Assembly: GCA_965644295.1 (NCBI GenBank)
Contig: CBFFRP010000181.1
Span: forward strand, 1 to 64,000
Origin: Paraphysomonas bandaiensis
Taxonomy: Eukaryota; Protista; Chrysophyceae
Direction of reading: 5' to 3'
Length of the DNA stretch: 64,000 bases
Position numbers and translations under genes: made by a program. The notes beneath the pieces are model-generated. The model worked only from the letters and a program-made list of their open reading frames with translations, ran no database searches and was not told the DNA's origin. This document shows positions 10,157-23,018 of this stretch, in pieces (position 1 is the first letter of the stretch; every line of letters begins with the position of its first letter).

Positions 10157-12245
10157 ATATACCATCTTATTTATTCCACTGAAGGTGCTAAGAAATACAT
10201 ATCAGACATTCGCAAACAACCGATCACTCAGTTTCAACCTGGTGATCTCGCATATGTCGACTTGCGAATTTATGGCGATGTTTGGTATGATGAGTTGGAT
10301 CTACCAGATTCTCATCTGCTTACTTATGTAGCTCCTATCCAGTTGTTCACACACTGGTACCACAAGAGCTCTAAGCGAGTATTATCGGTAAAAGATGGCC
10401 TACCGTTATGACAACTACCTGGTACATTGTTTCGTTCATTCCGAGGTGAACACCAGCAACATGGTACTAGTAGATGAGGATTTGGCCCGACAATTTCCAC
10501 AAGTCCGTGAGTCTTATTAGGCTCACACACTCTGCTTTGACTCGATACCCTACGCTGAGTTTTGCTCCAGCAAAAGATATCTATACCATCTTATTTATTC
10601 CACTGAAGGTGCTAAGAAATACATATCAGACATTCGCAAACAACCGATCACTCAGTTTCAACCTGGTGATCTCGCATATGTCGACTTGCGAATTTATGGC
10701 GATGTTTGGTATGATGAGTTGGATCTACCAGATTCTCATCTGCTTACTTATGTAGCTCCTATCCAGTTGTTCACACACTGGTACCACAAGAGCTCTAAGC
10801 GAGTATTATCGGTAAAAGATGGCCTACCGTTATGACAACTACCTGGTACATTGTTTCGTTCATTCCGAGGTGAACACCAGCAACATGGTACTAGTAGATG
10901 AGGATTTGGCCCGACAATTTCCACAAGTCCGTGAGTCTTATTAGGCTCACACACTCTGCTTTGACTCGATACCCTACGCTGAGTTTTGCTCCAGCAAAAG
11001 ATATCTATACCATCTTATTTATTCCACTGAAGGTGCTAAGAAATACATATCAGACATTCGCAAACAACCGATCACTCAGTTTCAACCTGGTGATCTCGCA
11101 TATGTCGACTTGCGAATTTATGGCGATGTTTGGTATGATGAGTTGGATCTACCAGATTCTCATCTGCTTACTTATGTAGCTCCTATCCAGTTGTTCACAC
11201 ACTGGTACCACAAGAGCTCTAAGCGAGTATTATCGGTAAAAGATGGCCTACCGTTATGACAACTACCTGGTACATTGTTTCGTTCATTCCGAGGTGAACA
11301 CCAGCAACATGGTACTAGTAGATGAGGATTTGGCCCGACAATTTCCACAAGTCCGTGAGTCTTATTAGGCTCACACACTCTGCTTTGACTCGATACCCTA
11401 CGCTGAGTTTTGCTCCAGCAAAAGATATCTATACCATCTTATTTATTCCACTGAAGGTGCTAAGAAATACATATCAGACATTCGCAAACAACCGATCACT
11501 CAGTTTCAACCTGGTGATCTCGCATATGTCGACTTGCGAATTTATGGCGATGTTTGGTATGATGAGTTGGATCTACCAGATTCTCATCTGCTTACTTATG
11601 TAGCTCCTATCCAGTTGTTCACACACTGGTACCACAAGAGCTCTAAGCGAGTATTATCGGTAAAAGATCTTCTCACTCTCCGCACCTACCGTTATGACAA
11701 CTACCTGGTACATTGTTTCGTTCATTCCGAGGTGAACACCAGCAACATGGTACTAGTAGATGAGGATTTGGCCCGACAATTTCCACAAGTCCGTGAGTCT
11801 TATTAGGCTCACACACTCTGCTTTGACTCGATACCCTACGCTGAGTTTTGCTCCAGCAAAAGATATCTATACCATCTTATTTATTCCACTGAAGGTGCTA
11901 AGAAATACATATCAGACATTCGCAAACAACCGATCACTCAGTTTCAACCTGGTGATCTCGCATATGTCGACTTGCGAATTTATGGCGATGTTTGGTATGA
12001 TGAGTTGGATCTACCAGATTCTCATCTGCTTACTTATGTAGCTCCTATCCAGGTATTCACACACTGGTACCACAAGAGCTCTAAGCGAGTATTATCGGTA
12101 AAAGATCTTCTCACTCTCCGCACCTACCGTTATGACAACTACCTGGTACATTGTTTCGTTCATTCCGAGGTGAACACCAGCAACATGGTACTAGTAGATG
12201 AGGATTTGGCCCGACAATTTCCACAAGTCCGTGAGTCTTATTATT
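10157..12245 (+). repeat. Tandem array of ~5 near-identical 424/438-bp units, probably derived from the 3' end of a Gypsy pol gene
   Basis: Period 424 (10324/10748/11172) then 438 (11322 to 11760). The longer unit reads FDSIPYAEFC...QPITQFQPGDLAYVDLRIYGDVWYDELDLPD...VLVDEDLARQFPQVRESY*; pol origin is from recall, not a search. Confidence 0.85.
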
Positions 12246-13500
12246 GAATTGTCAAACCACGAGTCATAACTGACGGGCGGATACGCAACCACCAAGACCT
12301 CATGAGCTGTACATTGAATCTTCACATCGCAAGACATAATTGACGGATACTATGTAGATTGAATCCTCACATCGCGAGACATAACTGACGGGCAGAATTA
12401 CAGCTTTTAATTGCTCCAACGGCAAAACTCAACACTCCCTCTCAATTCAAAGCTGTAGATAGACTCTTCATATCACGAGACATAACTGACGGATACGCAA
12501 CCACCAAAAACCTCATAGGACAAACCGGTGGACGTATGACTCCGACGTTTCAGCAAGTCTCACCATAGACAACACATCTGAAAGATCTTCTGTCTCTGAT
12601 AACAGCACGTATGATTTCTTATCCTCGTCACTGAGATCAATCACACCACATCATTCAACTTCAACGCTAAGTCGCGAGCACCCTGGCTGTCAGGAAGAAT
12701 GGAGTGGGTTCGTACAATCGAAGTCCCAGTTCGACCAACACCCCCCGAAGCCACACCAGTTCCTGCATGCCAGCAGACTGAAGCAAATCAAGGCAATTAA
12801 CAAACTTCCCATATATTGTGACTTGGTCTCTCTACAATTAGACATATTATGTTAGTTATTAGATACAGTCACTGTCATCACACAGATTGACAATCTCCTC
12901 ATCATAAAGGTTTACCTCACCCAGGGTGGACACACTAGTCAACACCCGTACGCTTACCACACAAGTCTCCCTAGACTCAGCAGGTACAGTCTCACAGACA
13001 CGATTCACGCTGATCTCACTAGACTTAGTATACACAGTATCACTAGGCAAAGTACGAAGGGACATTCTCTTCCCTGGAATCTCATCCGCCGTATAGACTT
13101 ATTGGGCGCACCACCCGAAGCCGGCGTGTAGATGAAGACCCACCCCTTTTGTCATCACAAGGACGAGGTTTTTATAGTACAGCCGTCTCATTAGATACAG
13201 CACCCGCACTACTCTCTGGCAAAGTACGAAGGGGCATTCTCTTCCCTGGAATCTCATCCGCCGTATAGACTTATTGTGTGTTCCCCACGAAGCCGGCGTA
13301 GATGAAGATCCACCCCTCTTGTCGACACAAGAACGAGGTTTTTAGTACAGCCGGCGGTTATACACGTCTATATCGACTTCAAGATGGCTGAACTCTGCAA
13401 CAGTTCGGACCAGTGGGTCACTCCTCATCACTTGCGCTCCCATCGATAGACCACTACACCCCCATCCACACAATCAGACACATTCTGATAATTATACGGG
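12246..13500. repeat. Degenerate retroelement-like 3' region with short repeats (CATAACTGACGG x4) and a ~140-bp direct repeat (13047-13185 / 13218-13353)
   Basis: Repeats visible directly; follows the pol-like stop; contains an LTR-end-like AAAACTCAACA at ~12433. Confidence 0.55.
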
Positions 13501-14002
13501 GTCTCTCCAGAGGGTTCATACATCATCAATCCAGTCTACTTTTTCTGTCTTATGTTCGTATGAAAAACCCCGATTTTCAAAAATAATACTGGTTTTATAT
13601 CCTATATACTGTATGTTTCTACTATACAAAAAAGCAGTACTCCTGCTTCTCTGTCCAGTTACATTCCAATGGTCACACTTCAGCAGTTGTTTCCAACTAC
13701 CATCCGCTACCATGTCAAGTTATGACACAATTGGATGATTACTAAGATAACTGGACATGTATTCACTCATTAGTCAAGTTAAGATGAGAGAAGATTATAA
13801 TAAATATAATAAACAATATATCACGGTATCTCTACTACCACTCATTTCTAGTACGATCTTACATCGTCATGATATCACTTCTCATAATACAGCTCATCAC
13901 TACTGTATTCTCCAGTAACCGTCATAATTCCAATATCTTAGAATTACAGCTTTTAATTGCTCAAACAGCAAAACTCAACAAACCTCACAATCAACATTAG
14001 AA

Positions 14003-14198
14003 CCGAAGTGGTCACACCTTGGTGCTTGCGGCGACGCACAAGCAGCTTCTGTAGCGCTAAATAGTAGGATAATAGAGTTTGTACTGATTAGTTATGGGTA
14101 GAGGTCTAAATAGTCTGTCGTCTGTCTAGCATTCAACTAACCACTACATTGGTGCAGATTTCTAACGCCTATTGCTAAATAATAAGACTTTCAATATA
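14003..14198 (+). mobile_element. Family A SINE-like element, 3' fragment
   Basis: CCTTGGTGCTTGCGGCGACGCACAAGCAGC...TAATAAGACTTTCAATATA matches copies at 37960-38150 and 31926-32100. Confidence 0.8.
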
Positions 14199-14427
14199 TG
14201 ATGTGCGCTTCCATCTACCAACAAATTTCTATTTACAATGTGGCTTGTGTAGGAGAGTATTGGGGACTGAATAATATTATGAAACTACAAGTAATCAACA
14301 GTAAACTCTGCACATAAATAATACAGTAACAGGCCCGACACTTTCTATGACGTGAAAGTGCGTGATATTGTCGGTTTTTATGGACTATAAACTGAAACCT
14401 ATATTATTCTAATCTATTCGAATGTAG

Positions 14428-15627
14428 TTATGTACTATGAGTATTCTCACCATGTGAGACTCCACCACATCGGCCTCTCATTAACCTAAAACTATCACAA
14501 TTATCCAGCTCGTGCTGTAGAATCTCATTGGGTAGTAATTTAAATTGCCAAGCCACAGTAAGCAATGCCCGCATTTTATTCCATTGTCCTACTGCATGAA
14601 ATATAAACTCAGCACAAGTCGATTCATCCGATGTAAACACGGCAGATAAGTTCCAGCTTCTATTCTGGGTGAGACCACTGGCATATATATCGTTTGTGCT
14701 CTGTAAGGACTCTAACTCGCCGGGCTTAGCAAGAATTCTATTCGAATTGAGACATCGACAAGGCAAAACGCAAACTCTACGAATACTGACTGTACTATCC
14801 TGTACAAGCCCCTCATTGCTGCTGCCACAACGATATCTGCCTCTCTGTTGTGCGTAGTCATAGGGCCGAAGTGACGCCGGAGTGATGCCGCGTAATCGTA
14901 GACATTTAACTATTGCCGACTGTTCATAGAAGTAAACATCATGGTAGCGGGCAGATGATGTGTGTGACCATATATCTTCCCACAAACTTCTGGACCAATC
15001 AGATGTTCTAACTATCATTACCCCAGCATTGATAGGACAAGTGGAAGACGTAGAGAGATCGGATGATATTATGAGGTCAGGGGCAGACATTTTCCTGCTA
15101 CATGATGCGATCAAAGTCTCTAGGGGATTATCATGGTCAATAACAATAGCATCGGAATCAATCCAACATATATATCGATATTTTCGCTGACAGAAGTTCT
15201 CATTGAGGAGATTGCGAATAAGCAAGGCTTTATACCACGTACAATGCGTTCTCGGATGAATGCGAGCAAGTATTTCATCGTATGGAAGTGTATCACAATA
15301 AAAATCATAGCCATGTTTGGATGCATACATACGATTGACAGTTTCACATAGTTTGCCTATACGATAATCAGAGGAGTATGCCATTAATATCAATATATCT
15401 CTACAAGAGATTTCATTATCATCAATTTCAAGTTCATATGATGATTGAAGAGATGTTTGATAGTGTATAATATCAGTTAATATGGATCTCTCTTTTCGGG
15501 ATAGTTGTTTACCAGTGATTTTACTCATAGCCTCCTGGAGCTCATTGAATCGCAATGAACCTGTCTGGGAGATATGATGTTCTAACGCAGTGCGGAAAGA
15601 GTGTTCTGTTGATATTTCTTTCTGCAT
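14428..15627 (-). CDS. Glycosyltransferase family 34 (GMA12/MNN10-like) protein with N-terminal extension
   Basis: WYKALLI, ICWIDSDA (DxD), PINAGVMI, YEQSAI motifs. Confidence 0.8.
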   Translation of the reverse strand: MQKEISTEHSFRTALEHHISQTGSLRFNELQEAMSKITGKQLSRKERSILTDIIHYQTSLQSSYELEIDDNEISCRDILILMAYSSDYRIGKLCETVNRMYASKHGYDFYCDTLPYDEILARIHPRTHCTWYKALLIRNLLNENFCQRKYRYICWIDSDAIVIDHDNPLETLIASCSRKMSAPDLIISSDLSTSSTCPINAGVMIVRTSDWSRSLWEDIWSHTSSARYHDVYFYEQSAIVKCLRLRGITPASLRPYDYAQQRGRYRCGSSNEGLVQDSTVSIRRVCVLPCRCLNSNRILAKPGELESLQSTNDIYASGLTQNRSWNLSAVFTSDESTCAEFIFHAVGQWNKMRALLTVAWQFKLLPNEILQHELDNCDSFRLMRGRCGGVSHGENTHST

Positions 15628-15752
15628 GATTGGTATTTGGTGTATAATACCTACATGGAGATCACAGTTAAAAGGTTTTCATCTATGGACACATTACAGC
15701 ACAACCTTGCTAGAAGATGTCCATAACTCTCTATCCCTACATACAATACTGG

Positions 15753-15900
15753 GGGTGGTTGTGCATATCGATTTCATCGATTTGTTCATCGTTTATTTCA
15801 TCGAAAAATCATCGTTTTTTCATTAAAAAGTCACTTTTTTTCACTTTTCACTGAAAATAAACGATGAACAAATCGATGAAATCGATATGCACAACCACCC
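15753..15900. mobile_element. 148-bp MITE
   Basis: Perfect 46-bp TIRs GGGTGGTTGTGCATATCGATTTCATCG... at 15753-15798 and 15855-15900; TSD not resolved. Confidence 0.85.
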
Positions 15901-15944
15901 ATACATACATACATACACATACAGCAGTAGTATACTTATACAGA

Positions 15945-15958
15945 GTAGGAATTCCTAC
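15945..15958. promoter_or_regulatory. Palindromic motif GTAGGAATTCCTAC in a divergent intergenic region
   Basis: Same 12-bp palindrome recurs at 24116-24127 and 33651-33662, all upstream of genes. Confidence 0.5.
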
Positions 15959-16375
15959 CCAGCATCTAATAATTCTTTTCTAGTACTTGGTCATCGTAAC
16001 GCACTCTAAACTATAAACCGTATAGACTCACACACTCTCAGGAGTACAGTAAGATTCAATGCAACCCTTGACCTCTCTCTCAAGCATATAACATATACAG
16101 ACATTCCCTCAATAATATTATTAAATACATAGGAATCTCTCTACATTATAATACACCCCCTATCCACGAACACCATTACCTGTAATGTGATATTTGATCA
16201 GAGTATCTTTACTTTTAATCTCGTGTGATATAAGACACTATGTATACCTCACTAACTATACTTCATATGCCTATACATACTATACATGGTCATATGACAT
16301 ATACATAACTCTCTGATTGTTTCTTATTAATATGAACTCATTCCATATACAGTTGCAGTAGATAGGTATACAGGT

Positions 16376-19300
16376 ATGGAGACCTCTATAGGGAATGATA
16401 TGAAACAACACGGTAGACGTATTAGTTTAGATGGAAGTGTATCTACGATCGGTATGGGGTACTCATGTGGGGTAGAGAAAGATGATAAGTACAGTACTGA
16501 TCGATATTTTGGTACACCGGCAAAAGATAGTTTTAATAATAGGTATAAGTTCGTGTCAAGGGTTGCTCAAGATATGGGCCCGGGTGATCAAGAGTGTGAT
16601 ATAATGGAAAGCACACTCTTTGATTCTCCTCTTCAAAAAATATCAGATTTTGCGTTCTGTCCTCGTCGACCAGATCTAGATGATCATCACGATGAATTTG
16701 AAGATTATGATACAGTGGATAACACATCTCTGACGACAAGTTCTGACCCACAAACGGAGGCGTCTCTCACTGATCATAGTGCACTCAGTCAATTTTCGAG
16801 CATAACACCTACTTCTCCTAGAAGTAAGTATATAGCGGGGTGCATCAAAGCCAAGGTCAATCCACGGGCGGCGCTGATACTGAGGAAACACCTTAAGAGT
16901 GACTTAAATCTACAACATCGTGGGATGGGGGATAGGATGGCACTTGTGTTTGCAGAGTCTCTGCACGACATGCCCTACATTCACTCTATTAACTTATCTG
17001 ACAATAACTTAACTGACCAATCTATTCATGCCATTATATGTGCCGTAGTTTCTATAGATTCCCTGACTGCTTTGGACTTGTCAGAGAACGTGGTCGATGG
17101 TGACGCAGCAAAGGCACTCGCACAATACCTTCGCATGCCCACCTGTCCGCTTAAGAAGCTCAACTTACGGAAAGCAGACATTGATGACTTTGAGGGTCAG
17201 ATGTTCGTTGCGGCATTGGAACACAATAAGGTGGGTTATATTCGTATTCGGACAACGAACTAAACGTATCGACGTACACAAATATAGGTGTTGGAAGATC
17301 TAGATATGTCTCAAAATTTAATTGGCCGTTCTGAAAATCTCAATACTGTTATGCCGGACATAGTGACTGGGAGCGAAGCTCTCGCCGATCTCTTGGGGGC
17401 CGATAATTGCCCCTTGAAAACTCTGAACTTGTCCTGGAATATGATTCGTCTGGACGGCGCCATAGCTCTAGCCAAGTCGATAGAACGAAATACTCGTCTC
17501 ACACATCTGGATCTGTGTTACAATTCCATTGGTGTAGAGGCTGGTGAGGTAATAGGGGCAGCATTACTTTCGAACAATACTTTGCGTACCCTACTACTCT
17601 CCAACAACAGCATCAGTGCCACTGCCTGTGTCACTATATGCGTTGGCATTGAGCAGAATATGTCTCTACGATATGTAAACCTGGATAGTAATCCCATTGG
17701 TGAAGAAGGTGCTAGCATGCTCATGCAAGTTCCAGTTACATCAGGAAATCGTGTGAAGGTCACTGCTAACAAGTGAGTATCCATAATTTTTCAAATGTAA
17801 ATGTTTTATTGAGCGTTCTCTTTCATGTGAATATTACAGATGCAACATAACTATTCGTGCTGACAAAAATAGCAAGCTAAATATGTCTCATATTGCGGGG
17901 AAGCATACTTTGAATCTTGCGAAAAACTATGAGCGTGCGGTGTTCGTGAAATTGTTAGATTTGGTTGCTACTAGCGAGACCTTAATTTTTCGAAACATAG
18001 AGTACATTCCTAAGCCAGGAGCTAAAGTATCCACTATACCACTAGTAAGATGTGTGAAAGAAAGCATTGATGAGGGTAAACAACAAGTAATAGATGCACT
18101 ACGGCGTCTTGAGATGGCTGCAGAGGATACCGCTATGGCGGTGAAGCTATTCAATGAGTTTGATACAGATTGTTCCGATGGGATTGACTCCGAAGAGCTT
18201 CAGAAACTTTTGAATAGTTTGGGGGTTTATATTGACAATGAAACCGTCATGCAGGTATGCATCATGCGTGCTTATAGGTGAAATGATCATACTGATTCTA
18301 GGCGTTGATTGGTTATGACGTTGATGGGTCGTGTGTCATGACACTCCCTGAGTTCCTCGATTTCCTTCAGTGTCAACGTGTTGAGGCTATTGCACGCCGC
18401 AAGGAGCTGACATCACAACACATGATGGCTCCGGCGGATTTTCCTCATGTGCCTTACGTTCCTCCTCGAGAAGGGGTGGTGAAGATTGATATAGTCGATG
18501 GATACATGCGACATGGCATGCCTAACGTAATATCTGCCCTCGACCTGGCGCATATTATGGCAGTGGTGGGTCCGAATAGTGATAATGTGACCTCACTGCT
18601 GTCGTACTCCCTGCGTAACTCGAGGGTGCGTATGAAGGAGGCCTGGCAAATGTATTTGTGTATATGGCGTGAGCTAAATGATAAGGCTCGTGCACTCGAG
18701 AGATTGCTTCCGTACATCTACGATGGAAAAGATGCAAGGACATTAATTACACGGGTAAGATTTATTTCGGTGTATTCAGGCTTATTGTAGTAATATACCA
18801 TCAACCTACTTCTGCTATGCCAAGTGATACCGTATACGTACGTAGGCCCTGCCAGATATTGCGAATGATGATAAGTTAGAGCTTGCGAGAATTAAGAAAT
18901 TCATGGGAAACGCCTATAGTCCTCTCTTGGGGTTGTGTGATGGATACTACGTGCTTGACCTTTCAAACGAGAAGGATAGACTGGCAATGTCACTACTTCT
19001 ATCCCAATGCGAATACAGAAAAAAAGTTGACATTGAACAAAGCAAAGATAAGGTGCATATCACCGCTATATGTACTGTTTATAAATTTATTTATGCATGC
19101 CTCACTTCAGTGATATCCGAATCGTATTGAAATATATCAGTACGCATGGTATTTTAAAGTTGCTATAGGGTCGGACTGGAGACCGGAGTCAACGTGGTGA
19201 TTGGTCCTCCTTTCGTAACTCATATTACAATGGCAGGCCAACAGTTTTGACAACAAGACTCTTCACTCCAATGCCGAAGAAAGGAGTGGTTAGTTTTGAC

Positions 19301-21098
19301 TTCTCTGGTGCTGATCCTGCCCCTCAAAAAGCTGTCGTCATGTCTGACGCGCGGTGCATGAATATAATGTTCAATCTGGCCTTGGTGAATAAAGTCGAAA
19401 AGATAAATGGCCTGAAAACATTAAAACGTATGGCAGATGACTGTGCGAAAAACTTAAGAGGAGACGGCAGATTTTCTGCTGGAAACAGCAAAAGGCGTGT
19501 CAATCACATTCGGACGTGCATATATAAATTTTACAGTCGTCTACCCCAGCGTGAAGCACAACTGAAGAAGTCACGTGTGTTGGAGGAGGTAAAAGTGGAT
19601 ATCAGCACCCACACTGATGACCACTGGGATATGAAGAGGGATCCTGGTGACCTGAGCGATACGGATTCATCTGTTGGGTCTGCTAATTGCTTGGACGACC
19701 TTGACCAGGATTTTCAAGCTAAACAGCCAACTCCAAATGGGAAAAAGAATCCCACCCCACGACTGGGTAAGTTGAATCAGACTAATGTGGGACGCCAAGC
19801 CCCTCAACGATCTCCAAAATCTCCACCTGCAAACCTTCCTGGTCGTTTGCATCACATGGATTCGAATATCAGTTCGTTTAACTCGTCAGAGTCACTCTCC
19901 GCCATATATGATGTCAGTGAAGCAGATGTACAGCAGAATTCCGGTGGCTCCTCTGGTAAGCCTATATCGAAGCAATCCTCCTTCGGAATTGACGAAAAAA
20001 CTGGACTTCTAAAGAGAAAACTGGGAACAATTGCTCCGATAACGAACTCTGAGCGGTACATTTTGAATTTTGGTGATAAGTTCAGGGAAATGGCTGAGAC
20101 TACATTGGTCAATGAATACGTCAAGTCTGTTCGAACTGTTTCTGCATTGGAAGATATCATTGGTCGTGTCTGGATTCGAGCCCGACACCTAGCAATGATG
20201 GTGAGTAAATTCAGGATTGGGGTTGCAAGGAAGACAGCGACGTTTGGTACCTATCGTGTGGAGGTAGTCGTGCGACTGTTTAGCCGAGTTGTGGATGTGC
20301 ATAATTTTGACCTTGTGTTACGCATATTAACACCCTTTGAATATGCTTGTGTGGTGTGCCGATTGGGCATGTTAAATATATTCAACCCCATGAAGCCGGA
20401 AGGATATATCAGTATAGATTTGTCGATTCATGAGGAGAGGGTGGTAGCGAAGATGTTGAGTGCATTATCATTCACAGAGCCCGGGGATAATATCCGAGAC
20501 CCCACTCTGCGATTTGAGTGGGGATTTGACGATGTTCCAGGATGGGAGTTGCTGCCTACATGGTTGACTGAGGAGGGAATGCCACATAGAGGTATTATGT
20601 GTGTTGATTATTACACAGGGGACGGGAAAAATATTGCTGGTTGTGCAGCAGATATCCCCTTCAGAAAGGCACTTTTGAAACTGGTAATTTATAGAATATT
20701 TATTGTGATTCTCGATTTTTGTTAATGTTGTACAAATACATATAATGTTGGACAATGTAAGAGTACCCTATGTAAAGTGTTACATTATTGAGATGTCTCG
20801 TTTCTCACATTCCAATAAGGTTCGTGTCGATGAAAAGGATTTGTTGATGGCTGAGGATGCAGTGGACACAGAGCTTGTCGGGGACGTTGCTGTCGCTCGG
20901 CATAGAGGTATGGTATTACTTGTACTGGTGTTTTAAATGATTAAGTCTGGTGTTCTATGAAGAATTGTGGGATAAATTCTTGGCGCCACGAAACAGTTCC
21001 TCTGCGCAGATTGCAAGACGCTACTTGGGAATAGACGACAAAGATTCTTAGAGGTTGTTAAAAATATGCTGCTATGCATTTTACTTGTTGCTACATGA
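16376..21098 (+). CDS. Multi-exon RNI-like leucine-rich-repeat protein with EF-hand pair
   Basis: LxxLDLSxNxI repeats (16900-17770); EF loops FDTDCSDGIDSEEL and YDVDGSCVMTLPEF; GT-AG introns link successive ORFs (exons ~16376-17230, 17288-17772, 17840-18254, 18303-18754, 18846-19052, 19169-20683, 20820-20908, 20963-). 3' end approximate. Confidence 0.8.
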
Positions 21099-21589
21099 TA
21101 AAAGTGGCATACGCTTTGCGGATTTCGTATGCGATATATATGCTACATTCCTACTAGATGGTGATATAAATAGAGCATTTGTTAATGATATTTTCTGTAA
21201 TGAGGTTTCATTTTATTGTACTGATTGACTTGTAACCAGTTTATCCAAACTCCAATGTATTCAGCTATCTCTTTTCTAGTCAGTATTTTGCTTACCAGAA
21301 TACGAATGTATCATTTTCCATAAACTCATCTTTCGATAATATCTCCCCGTGTTGAGATTTCTGTTTGTGAGAAATTATAAGCTCAATTCAAGGTATATAT
21401 ATTATTAACTGTCACTTGAAGAATACTGCAGTGGTTAACAGTATTATGAGAAGTAATGTCATGATAGTAATCAGTAATCATTGTAGTGAAACTGAAATAT
21501 ATTGACTGTATAAGATTGTGATATAGCTAAGATCGTGTGAGAATAATTGGTTGTTGCGATAATAGGAATTTGATGATTGACAATGTAGA

Positions 21590-21860
21590 ATGATAAGTAA
21601 TATTGACCATCATTGTTGGAATACGTATGGTTCTCTAAGATAGTACTGTAGAATACGTTAAATACAATGTGAAAAACTGTAATACGCAGTCAATAGTCAA
21701 AGGTGCTATATAGCTATAACTGTGAAACTGAAGTATTATATCATGACGATTCAAGATACGGAAGTTGAGCAGTGGTTGACATGAACAAAATAATTTATCA
21801 TGTTGTTGACATGTGTTAAATGACAACACACACAATTGTGTATACAATTATAATAACGTA
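21590..21860 (-). repeat. Family B dispersed repeat (possibly LTR-derived)
   Basis: Reverse complement aligns by eye with 50620-50860 and 54075-54180. Confidence 0.7.
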
Positions 21861-22072
21861 ATCTATCTAGTTTGACAAACTTAAACTTCTCTTAAAACGA
21901 TCTCATTGTCTGAAAATGGTCAATACTCAATAATCATATTACTATATGTTTCTAACTCTCCCAGTATATGAATACCACTGTACTATAATCACTGCAAAGA
22001 ACAGCAGTAGATGCGATACTCCTACCACTGTACAACACATCCTGTTTATCAAGCTTTTACCATCCTATTACT

Positions 22073-22511
22073 ATCCCCTCAACAAAGTCGGACTCGCACC
22101 TATTCGTGGTGTTCTGGGGGATAAGTACAGAAGTTATTTATCTGGAAACTAACGTGAGCCGCACAATATACAGTCAGCAGATAATATTCTGCCCACTCAT
22201 TACCAAATGCTTGTGTGGCACAAGGTACAAGGTACACTAATAAGTGTCGCTTGTGTTGACGTCATTGGGCCTTGACGAACTTGACGAATAAACAGGCATC
22301 CGGGAATGGGCCTTGATCCGGGGTATTGGACTGCTGCCTGCTGAAGTCAAGCATCCGGGCTGTTCACCTTAAGGACAGAGAGCGAAAGTGGTTGCACCGT
22401 TATGTTTGCGGTGACGCACCAGCAGCTTTGGTAGCGCCATATAATAGGATATCAGAGTTAAGGGTTAAGTACTGACTTTTAAACACATGTTGCTAATAAT
22501 CAGACATTCAC
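22073..22511 (+). mobile_element. Family A SINE-like element, near full length
   Basis: Starts ATCCCCTCAACAAAGTCGGACTCGCACC; contains GCATCCGGG repeats and the GCG-GTGA-CGC hairpin. Confidence 0.85.
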
Positions 22512-23018
22512 TACTATGCATAAGATCGTGTCTATCTAAGATATGATTATATTGACTGATACTTGAGAAGGTATAATTGTAGCGAATATCAATGAATGAT
22601 GACAGATTATGATTACAATTTTAGTAAGTGAGTATTGAGTGTTCAACGTTCACATAAATTAGATTTAAATCGTCCAATTAGGTCAAAATTTGATTTTGGA
22701 GATAACTAAAAACTTACCCGTTCATTTGTCGTATAACTATATAAATAGGCAACAAATACGTTTGTAGTATAAGTACTGTTGCTAACTTTAAATGTTGACT
22801 TTTCCTTATAAAACTACGTGCCATCAGACAGGATTCAATAAATAATCAACTCGGAACTCATTGTTAATATTTCACTTTGTCGTTCAGTTGGCTTGAATAT
22901 GACTAAAGTAGTCAGCATATGATTGAAGAAAAACAAAACACAACATTGTTATGCAGGGAAAGTATACAAATGTAATGTTGCAAGCTAAAATATATGCGAA
23001 AACAATAGTAAAGCTACT

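Noticed and set aside
10324-12041. Repeated 68-aa and 93-aa ORFs
   Set aside because: Alternative-frame by-products of the tandem unit.
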